Shown one piece after another: positions 58,001-64,000 of a stretch of 64,000 bases of DNA (position 1 is its first letter; every line of letters begins with the position of its first letter). The DNA comes from a virus. Lineage: Duplodnaviria; Caudoviricetes. The notes under the pieces are model-generated. The model searched no databases. It was not told where the DNA came from and saw only the letters and a list, made by a program, of their open reading frames with translations. The stretch is taken from positions 160,001 through 224,000 of the IMG/VR virus record IMGVR_UViG_3300043177_000122; one strand, written 5' to 3'. The translations under genes and the position numbers were made by a program.

Positions 58001-58707
58001 TTGGTAAGGAAGAAGACGGAGAAATCCAGGATATGTCCAAGCAGAAGTTTAGTGACATGTTAGATGCTTCCCAGAAGCACACTGATGGTCAAACTGAATT
58101 GGACGTTAAGCCATCCGATAATCTCGGATTGGTAGAAACTGTTCAAGAAGTGAACAAGGCCATGATGGAAGTTGCAAAGGTTCCACCAAAGGTTCGTAAA
58201 GAAGCAGAAGTCATTCAGAAGTTAGTTTCTGAAGGCAAGCTTGATCCAAAAGACGTAGATGCTCTAGCATCCTACGGATTGGATGGTGAAGCAGTTGCTT
58301 ACTGGAAGAAGTACTTTGGTGAGGTTGAAGGCGGAAGCGAATTTGCCAGTGAAATGGTAAAGGAGCATGTCAAGTCTGCAATGGAAGAAGAACTTAACCA
58401 GTTCCGTGTCAAGTTAGCTCGTGCATACGAATTAGCTTATGATATGGCTGACCGTGGTCTCTGCTCTCACAATAGAGCAACCATCTCTGATCAGGTTGAT
58501 CAAATTATGAAGTTCAATGATGATGCATTCGAATCTCTAAAGAAGGTTGTTGCTCGTCATGAACCAGGTGTTCTCCGTAAGACAGTAGGTACCATTCCAC
58601 AAGTTGGTCTCAGAGTTGATGGAGAATTCTCTCCAGCTCAAGCAGTAGAGGATGACTCTTACGCCCAGTTGTCAGCCCTCTTTGGTAACAAAAAGGGTGT
58701 GTTCTAA
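55039..58707 (+). CDS. prohead maturation protease fused to long scaffolding/internal domain
   Basis: N.NGD.F...EL, PL.VDH (catalytic His), VSMG (catalytic Ser region), ELSIV..GADP.A; acidic coiled-coil C-terminal two thirds. Confidence 0.8.
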   Translation: MVIVKLGEAHEIKLESVESCLPEVSAEVLENFKKFATNLKKIAPKAEDFLYFSAVMMHAAEASALNEDGTPRLTLKGEPVQVGWDTSGGTWKWASNDPNVRPYKNSNGDIFPEAELIKAYKKWKHKPLCVDHKSSSVEHVRGFIVDTYYDRNLKRVIALCALDKAGFPQLARQISTGVSNCVSMGTAVGRAICYDCGRVARAEADFCNHMKNKTCYGEINVDLNPIELSIVVNGADPRANIKNIIAAANTMNTYLENRAKELEKVASSYQATIIKSNETGGAEVSDTNSITVRGESLESFKQDFERGLEELESLNSKFSQKGTNSSASNQSSGSIATDDGAPTDSGLALQTPQTNRFASADVEAESLAELQQVTASIEATLSQMKKSLDKLAKTTSTKTQEENMSGSKEINKQAYFQGGGGVNEPTPGQVKYPKDGLNEQLRENEDKHMLGQPPFPEVGPVNGMHPSPASADPSGELERKKMLARAEAEERALKRNSIVNMVKDTLKNKEAYWQGAGGVNEPTPGKVKYPKDKLNEELRDYEDKQMVGQSPFPGVGPVDGMHPSPASADPKDELKRKQMLARAQLRARFVKAANGDGTQNKAKSAWEVFLGDKLLLTASVDELAGGNTAVLYDSIATKEFGAKLIEKVKVQGADAVSKLIKKAQATPPAPPAGPPGDPSSATPGDMGGGDAGGPPVEDAGNSGDPKQQALDLAEKNVQISSDLQEAVRALTGEKAEMGNSDAGGAAPMAADDSKESTASDKFSSATLNTLRRELNGALTHAMKESIAELAEHKQELDMIVGMYDKGAVTPNNQEFVGAIVEDAFNEAKTAMADGFKLMAAFVKYARGTKAIVKRAEIESELQALAEGDTEMSDEKDSHSADGGDLMDLINDTNADLDAVQEMMGDDQDHEYHEGGLDSLLETDPMVTDEPLAIENEDPLTGLADDNDIIFEQGEKIPPELAGKKLTMASYDDRAGRAALRAKLAADALGKEEDGEIQDMSKQKFSDMLDASQKHTDGQTELDVKPSDNLGLVETVQEVNKAMMEVAKVPPKVRKEAEVIQKLVSEGKLDPKDVDALASYGLDGEAVAYWKKYFGEVEGGSEFASEMVKEHVKSAMEEELNQFRVKLARAYELAYDMADRGLCSHNRATISDQVDQIMKFNDDAFESLKKVVARHEPGVLRKTVGTIPQVGLRVDGEFSPAQAVEDDSYAQLSALFGNKKGVF
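56269..56787 (+). repeat. 76-codon internal duplication (56269-56496 and 56560-56787, period 291 nt)
   Basis: NK[QE]AY[FW]QG.GGVNEPTPG.VKYPKD.LNE.LR..EDK.M.GQ.PFP.VGPV.GMHPSPASADP..EL.RK.MLARA in both copies. Confidence 0.95.
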
Positions 58708-58730
58708 AGCAACATAGAACGGGGATACAA

Positions 58731-59336
58731 ATGAAAAACCAAAGCGTATCAGATTTTGTAGCTGCAACAATGGATGCAGTTCTAAACAGCAAAGAACACA
58801 AGTCTCTATTTGATGTTCAGTACAAGTATGCCCAAGACATGAATGCTGCAAAGGATTCATGCAAGAAGTGTGGTAGTGGCCATTCTGACAAGGATTCTTG
58901 TATGGCAGATGATAACGATGCACGTAAATCTAAGAAAGATGACGAGGACGAGTCTTCAGCTTGGGACGATAACGATGCTCGCAAGAAGAAGGATGATGAG
59001 GATGATAAGAAGGATGACAGTGATGCATCTGATAGCCTTGAACCTTCTGTTGCTTTCGATGTCGCTATCGATAGTCTATTAACTGCCTCCGCAGCTCTTG
59101 ACCAAGTCGGCCTTGAACGTGGTTCTGCTCTTGTTCTAAAGATTGCTTCTTTGACTGTTGAAGCTAAGAAGAAGGATAAGAAGGATTCTCAGTCTGCTAA
59201 AGACAAGAAATCCGACAAGAAGGATTCCAAGAAGTCTGATAAGAAGGACTCTCAGTCTGCTAAAGACAAGAAGTCTGACAAGAAAGACTCTAAGAAAGAC
59301 TCTAAGAAAGACGATAAGAAATCTTCTAAGAAGTAA
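58731..59336 (+). CDS. polyampholyte protein with K/D/S repeats
   Basis: KYAQ site, DDNDAR duplication, C-terminal KKDSQSAKDKKSDKKDSKK repeats. Confidence 0.8.
   Translation: MKNQSVSDFVAATMDAVLNSKEHKSLFDVQYKYAQDMNAAKDSCKKCGSGHSDKDSCMADDNDARKSKKDDEDESSAWDDNDARKKKDDEDDKKDDSDASDSLEPSVAFDVAIDSLLTASAALDQVGLERGSALVLKIASLTVEAKKKDKKDSQSAKDKKSDKKDSKKSDKKDSQSAKDKKSDKKDSKKDSKKDDKKSSKK
59176..59315 (+). repeat. 63-nt in-frame duplication and 12-nt AAGAAAGACTCT units
   Basis: GATAAGAAGGAYTCTCAGTCTGCTAAAGACAAGAAR... twice; boundaries approximate. Confidence 0.8.
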
Positions 59337-59350
59337 ATTGGATTTAAACA

Positions 59351-59581
59351 ATGTTCAAACAAGGCAGCTTTGAGGACGAACTCTATCGTTCGATGGAGAA
59401 GACTTTAGTCAAAAACCAAACCGAAAATAGACACGGATTCAATAAGTTAGCTAAAGCTGCTGATCTTTTGAATACTGCGGCTGATATTTTTGACCGCGCA
59501 GGTATGCACAAAGAAGCAGAAGAGGTTGTAAAATTGTTACAAGCTCTGGCCATTGATATTAAAGAAGGTCAAAATGGCTAA
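59351..59581 (+). CDS. small helical protein, paralog of the next gene's N-terminus
   Basis: SFEDELYRSMEKTL...LAKAADLL...FDRAGMHKEA vs LFENELIAGMEQQL...LTKAADCL...LEEQGLTARA. Confidence 0.8.
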   Translation: MFKQGSFEDELYRSMEKTLVKNQTENRHGFNKLAKAADLLNTAADIFDRAGMHKEAEEVVKLLQALAIDIKEGQNG

Positions 59582-60491
59582 GTCGCTTTTCGAAAATGAA
59601 CTAATTGCAGGAATGGAGCAGCAATTGCGCAAGCAAGCCTTGGCTGAGAAGCCGAGCCTTACTAAGGCCGCTGATTGCCTCCATGCCGCTTTAGAAATTC
59701 TTGAAGAACAAGGATTGACTGCCAGGGCCGACCAGCTTTTGCAAATTCTACAAAAGATTGGACAAGCTAATGAAGCCCGTGATGTGCAGGAAATGCCATC
59801 GCTACCAGCATTAATGGAAGCCGGAATGACTCAACGTGATTTCCATGAGTTTTCGAAAGGTAATCCAATAGCAAAAGCGAAGTTCAATCTAGTATTGCGC
59901 AGTTTAGGATACTCTGATCATCAAATTGGTAATTTCATTGGTAAAACCAATGTTATGTCTGAAGATGATGCTAAAGCTGTGTTAGATCCAAATCGTTCTT
60001 TTAGTAAAATTTATGATTGGATGAAAGATCCAACTCAACCAGTAGATCCTACAAGCCCTCAGCCAGGGGAAACTATTTCTATGAAGAGTTTGCCAATCAC
60101 TGTTCCAGGAGACACTATTTCTTTTAAGAGCATGAAAGAACCAACTGTTCCAAACAAAGATGATTTAGTGTTCAAAAGTATTGCCGCTAAAAAACCAGGC
60201 AGGCCAGATAAGCATACTAAAAGATTAACTCCTGAAAAAATGCTTAAGAATTTAGAAGGTCATGGCTTTGTATTTAACTTAGCTGATGATGGTATGTTAG
60301 ATGTACCACCACCATTAGATATGAATAATCTGAAAGAATCGGATTTTGAGCCAGAATTTGGCGAATTTGCGACTTTATTAAAATCCGATATAGATGATTC
60401 TGATGATCTGTTTGCAACAGACATCAACGACACTCTAGAGGTATCAGAAAATGATATTCCAATAGATGATTTCGAGGACGAAAGAGATTAA
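59574..60491 (+). CDS. hypothetical acidic protein
   Basis: GAAGG RBS; shares N-terminal module with 59351..59581. Confidence 0.78.
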   Translation: MAKSLFENELIAGMEQQLRKQALAEKPSLTKAADCLHAALEILEEQGLTARADQLLQILQKIGQANEARDVQEMPSLPALMEAGMTQRDFHEFSKGNPIAKAKFNLVLRSLGYSDHQIGNFIGKTNVMSEDDAKAVLDPNRSFSKIYDWMKDPTQPVDPTSPQPGETISMKSLPITVPGDTISFKSMKEPTVPNKDDLVFKSIAAKKPGRPDKHTKRLTPEKMLKNLEGHGFVFNLADDGMLDVPPPLDMNNLKESDFEPEFGEFATLLKSDIDDSDDLFATDINDTLEVSENDIPIDDFEDERD

Positions 60492-61321
60492 CTTTTTATA
60501 AATTCTAAATACTTTTTGTATTTTCTCGGTAGATAAATGGTAGCATCTTGATATAACCAATCAAGAATTTTTCTGACTTGAAGATTGCCGCTGACTGATA
60601 ATGTAGTGGTTATTTGATTGGTTTTAGGTCTTGATAATGATTGAGAGCAACTTATATTAAGTTGCTCTTTTAATATTTTGGCCGCTTGCTGACAAAATTG
60701 TTTGGTAGATACAATTTTCCAAATAGTATTAATGGCCTTTTTATTTTTAAATTTGTTTTGATAAATACAACCATTTCCATCACTATAGCCACGTAGAAAA
60801 TGTCTAATTAACTCATTAGGAACTGTTGTAGGAAAATTTAGAATAAGAGATTTATTGGGAACACAGCCATGCGAGATAAGTTGTTCACATATTTCTTTTT
60901 GGTTAATTCGAAAGTACGAGTAGCTATATGGAACTGCCCCAGGAGACTCAACTTTTGATATTTTGATAGGTGAAGATGGAGACATTATATCTCTGAACTT
61001 TTCTAAAATATATTGATCAGTAGATTTGAGTTTAAGAGATATTGTATAAGCATTATTTTTATTTTGGACACACCCATCAGAATAAAGAAATCCTAAGAAG
61101 TATGCCGCCTTCTCATTATTGATATCTTGAAAAAATGATTTATTGATGTCATTGTATATAATCTTTTTACCAATTTTTGTTTTAATTCCATTACGTTTTA
61201 GAATGCCAGAAATGCTTGTTTGAGCACAATTTAGTTGTGCAGCTATTTCCCATTGTTGTTTTCCACTGTTATATAAATTGATAATGGAGCTAATTTCGGA
61301 TTGTGTGAATTTTCTTCGCAT
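60488..61321 (-). CDS. free-standing double-motif LAGLIDADG homing endonuclease with N-terminal HTH (strand mislabelled in the ORF track)
   Basis: TTA at 60488-60490 on +; AYFLGFLYSDGCV and HFLRGYSDGNGCI motifs, KSLIL. Confidence 0.88.
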   Translation of the reverse strand: MRRKFTQSEISSIINLYNSGKQQWEIAAQLNCAQTSISGILKRNGIKTKIGKKIIYNDINKSFFQDINNEKAAYFLGFLYSDGCVQNKNNAYTISLKLKSTDQYILEKFRDIMSPSSPIKISKVESPGAVPYSYSYFRINQKEICEQLISHGCVPNKSLILNFPTTVPNELIRHFLRGYSDGNGCIYQNKFKNKKAINTIWKIVSTKQFCQQAAKILKEQLNISCSQSLSRPKTNQITTTLSVSGNLQVRKILDWLYQDATIYLPRKYKKYLEFIKS

Positions 61322-61418
61322 AACCAAGTATATAACTAATAGTGGTATAGTTGTGATAAGGATAGTTCATGAAAAATAAAAATCTTTGCACGCATTTTGA
61401 AATCTGTAATGATTTCGG

Positions 61419-62117
61419 GTGGATACCATTTTAAGGCTGGTCCAGGTGGGCAACACTTTGCCCGTCAGTTTCATTGTTGATCCATCCGCGGAATTTCAGC
61501 CGGGCCAAATTGCAGAATTAACAGTTATTGGTAATCAAGTTATGGCTACCGTTAGTAACGGAACGGCTCCTATTGGCGTTATCGATGATATTAAAACCAA
61601 GGCATTTACCAATGTTTCATGGAACGAAACAGTTATTGTTCCTGCTGTTGGTGTTCCTGGACCAAACAACACTTTAGTTACACCAGTTGATATAAAAGCC
61701 GAATTAAGAAAACCAAATATTGTTCCATCCAGTTTTAATTCTACTGTTAATGTAGTATTAAATCCTGTGAATGGAATTATTACTTTTGTGGCCGGCACTC
61801 TATTAAATTTTGATTTATCAGGTACAGGGCAGCCAAATGCCATCAAAGCAATTGTTAATTATACTTATCAAGTAGCTAATATTCCAGGAGATGATAGTAC
61901 TGCCGGTTCTGGTAGAATGACTGTTTGGTATGAAAGAATGTTTTTTCAAACTGACCAGTATGAAACCAATCAACAATATCCAGTTCGTGCTAATTTATAT
62001 GTTAGTGAAAATGGATTTTTGACTACTCGTAGACCAAGCCCAATTCATCCGGCCGTAGGTATGGTTACTGCGCCCCCTACTCCAATGAATCCCATGATTG
62101 AGGTTTTGTGGTTTTGA
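61419..62117 (+). CDS. probable head decoration/structural protein
   Basis: FQPGQIA...PIGVIDD, DSTAGSGRMTVW, FQTDQYE...Y...LYV...G.LT...VGMV...P pattern of beta-rich capsid accessory proteins; start codon uncertain. Confidence 0.55.
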   Translation: MDTILRLVQVGNTLPVSFIVDPSAEFQPGQIAELTVIGNQVMATVSNGTAPIGVIDDIKTKAFTNVSWNETVIVPAVGVPGPNNTLVTPVDIKAELRKPNIVPSSFNSTVNVVLNPVNGIITFVAGTLLNFDLSGTGQPNAIKAIVNYTYQVANIPGDDSTAGSGRMTVWYERMFFQTDQYETNQQYPVRANLYVSENGFLTTRRPSPIHPAVGMVTAPPTPMNPMIEVLWF

Positions 62118-62118
62118 C

Positions 62119-62762
62119 TTGACGCGTCATTGTTTGACGCAGTTATACAAATACTTTGCAAGATATCCAGAGCAAACTGTACAATATATTCATTATGCAA
62201 TGTCAAAATACGGTGTTGATAATTTTGTTTTTGAGCCGATAGCCACTTGTAAAACTCAAGAAGATACGGATGAAGTAGAGTCTCTTTTAATTATCCAGTA
62301 TGATAGTAGAAATAAAAACAAAGGGTACAATTCAAGAATTGGTGGAATAGAGGGCGGCCGTGGCGCAATTTCTGATGAAACTAAAGAGAAAATACGCCAA
62401 GCCACTATTCGACAAATTGCTGAAAAGGACATCCTGCTGCTGGTCGTATAGTTTATCAAGAGACCCGTGAATTGATGCGTAAAATCAGACTTGAAAACCC
62501 AATTGAATACACTGAAGAAATTCGACAACACATGTCAGAAGTTCACATTGGAATCAAAGACTCCGAAGAAACCAAAGCAAAGAAATCCGAAAGTGCCAAA
62601 GAAGCTTGGGATAAACGAATTGATTATTCTCGAAAATGCGATGCTCCTGGTTGCGAGGTCTCAGGCAAAGCAAAATACAAGATAATCAATGGAATTCGTT
62701 ATTGTAACAAGCATGGTTTGCGACTACTGCGCTATAATAGATTAGATTGTTTAAGCGACTAA
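62119..62762 (+). pseudogene. GIY-YIG homing endonuclease relic: catalytic core missing and one frameshift
   Basis: LYK joined directly to YFAR...IHYAMSKYGVDNF...GYN...GG, ETKEKI NUMOD3 repeats; -1 indel in A4 at 62423-62426. Confidence 0.8.
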
Positions 62763-62776
62763 TATCGCAGTATATT
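62760..62776 (+). promoter_or_regulatory. candidate phage promoter TAATA-N5-G-TATATT
   Basis: TAATATCGCAGTATATT, 29 nt before the ATG at 62806. Confidence 0.6.
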
Positions 62777-62805
62777 ATAGACAATCTACTCATTTGAGGA
62801 CCACA

Positions 62806-64000
62806 ATGACTTTTAAACACATGAAATTTGAGGATTCTCCAACAATGCGTGCCTTGGAAAAGGTTGCTAAGGAGAGAGGTTTGGTTAAGCCAGAAACTCT
62901 TCAAAAGAAGGCGTCTATTGCTAAAAAGGCAGATTATACACCAACTTCTGATCTAATGGAAAATATTTTTAAGCTATGTTCTGGTTTAAGAGCATCTGGT
63001 CTGGAAAAAGAAGCACTTGAGATTGAGACCAGTTATTTTAACTACAAACGTGCTCAGACTCTTTATGAAACTTCAAAAGAAAAAGGCGAAGACCTAGTTC
63101 AATCAGCTCACCCAAAAGGTAGTCATAAATTAGAAGGTGTTGAAGGCGACGAGGCAACTATTGAAGATATTCTTGATCAACATCTTAAAATGATGAAGTC
63201 TGTTGAAAAGAAACCTACTGGTAAATTATCTTCTTCTCGTGCCATTCTTAATGCAGTTAAGGTAGTTTTAGCTCAAGAAGTGGCTCCAGAAGAAACCGAA
63301 GAAGAATTAAGTCGACAGCTTATTGCACAAGCCACTAAAATTATCCCTATGATCAATAGTTTGATTAGTAGACTTAAAGAATATGGAGGCAACGGTTTTG
63401 ATAAAGCTAAGGCTGAAGTATTTGGTAACACTATTACTAGTAATTTAGCTAAGACTCCAATTGGTAGAGAGCAACTAAATATTATTTCAGACAACTGGAG
63501 AAAATTAATCACATGGGCCAGAGGCGCTGGTAAGTTTGGTGGAGATTTTGGTAGTAAACTTGTTCCATGGGAAACGGATTCTGAAAGGGCGGGTGCTCAA
63601 AATTGGAATGCCAATATATCAGGCTATGCTAATAGGGTTGTTGCTGAGATTAATAAACTAGCACCGCTTGTTAATAAGAAGGCAACCATTCAATTTATGA
63701 AAGACAGTGGATCTTATCAAGGTCCAGGCCAGCCAGCTATGGGAGAGGGCGAGGATGATGCTAAACCAAGACAAGGCGTTGTAGTAGTTTTAAATCGTGA
63801 GGCTGCGAATATTGCCTCTATAGCTAATAATGCTTTATCTGATCTTACTAGATGGCAAGGCTGGATCACCATGAAGAGAGATTCTATGAAAAAAGCAGAT
63901 TTCGATACTGCAATGGCATGGCTTAAATCTCAATATACTAAGATTGATAATATCAAAAAGCAGTTCATGGAAATGAGTAATGATCCAGAAAGACAAAATC
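62806..64000 (+). CDS. large hypothetical virion-module protein, runs off the window (not in ORF track)
   Basis: GAGGA RBS; open frame MTFKHMKFEDSPTMRALEKVAKER... to the end; LRASGLEKEA motif and KRAQ site. Confidence 0.85.
   Translation, partial: MTFKHMKFEDSPTMRALEKVAKERGLVKPETLQKKASIAKKADYTPTSDLMENIFKLCSGLRASGLEKEALEIETSYFNYKRAQTLYETSKEKGEDLVQSAHPKGSHKLEGVEGDEATIEDILDQHLKMMKSVEKKPTGKLSSSRAILNAVKVVLAQEVAPEETEEELSRQLIAQATKIIPMINSLISRLKEYGGNGFDKAKAEVFGNTITSNLAKTPIGREQLNIISDNWRKLITWARGAGKFGGDFGSKLVPWETDSERAGAQNWNANISGYANRVVAEINKLAPLVNKKATIQFMKDSGSYQGPGQPAMGEGEDDAKPRQGVVVVLNREAANIASIANNALSDLTRWQGWITMKRDSMKKADFDTAMAWLKSQYTKIDNIKKQFMEMSNDPERQN

Noticed and set aside
45325-61327. ORF-track entries 45325..45921, 45726..45917 and 60488..61327 as + strand genes
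   Set aside because: The listed translations are read from the reverse complement; + strand shows TCA/TTA at the low coordinate and CAT/CAA at the high coordinate.
60488-61418. Group I intron carrying the LAGLIDADG gene
   Set aside because: Endonuclease is antisense and intergenic; flanking genes have their own stop and start; no intron core elements recognised.
61369-61434. 21-codon ORF with AAGGA RBS just before the decoration-like gene
   Set aside because: Out of frame with 61419, too short to evaluate; could only matter for start-site choice (GTG 61419 versus ATT 61428).
1-64000. CRISPR array, tRNA or rRNA genes
   Set aside because: No regularly spaced repeat-spacer units or cloverleaf signatures seen; all tandem repeats found are in-frame within proteins. 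The PD-(D/E)XK protein at 18006 has no cas neighbours.

Overview
AT-rich segment of a large (jumbo/huge-type) tailed phage genome, standard genetic code, almost all genes on the + strand. About 0.8-35.5 kb holds a bacterial-type replication/recombination set (TopA, SbcCD, DnaE, RecA, gp32-like SSB, RuvC-like resolvase, a DnaG whose zinc-binding and catalytic parts are separate genes 23 kb apart, dNMP kinase) mixed with translation and protein-quality genes (bS21, peptide deformylase fused to SEC-C, trigger factor, DnaJ, stand-alone FtsH-type peptidase domain, AAA ATPase, CxxC-less thioredoxin fold), an MT-A70 methyltransferase and a sigma region-4-like protein at the module boundary. About 35.6-64 kb is a head-morphogenesis module (terminase large subunit, portal, prohead protease-scaffold fusion, decoration-like protein) with many acidic or Pro-rich unknown proteins. 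These share three short signatures: K-x-A-Q/S/Y sites, an (L/F)-x-x-x-G-x-x-x-x-A helical motif and an M(R/K)(I/L)xELL N-terminus. Three enzymes sit among them: a CCA-type nucleotidyltransferase, a CX5R phosphatase and a GH73-like muramidase. The strongest candidate for an undescribed system is therefore a signal-coded set of head-packaged, protease-matured cargo proteins that includes RNA-repair and dephosphorylation enzymes; this is inference from motifs and gene context, not demonstrated. Five free-standing homing-endonuclease-like genes occur, most of them degenerate. No tRNA, rRNA, CRISPR array or recognisable major capsid protein was seen. The supplied ORF track labels 45325..45921, 45726..45917 and 60488..61327 as +, but the sequence shows they are on the - strand. 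No database searches were run; family calls rest on motifs recognised by eye.
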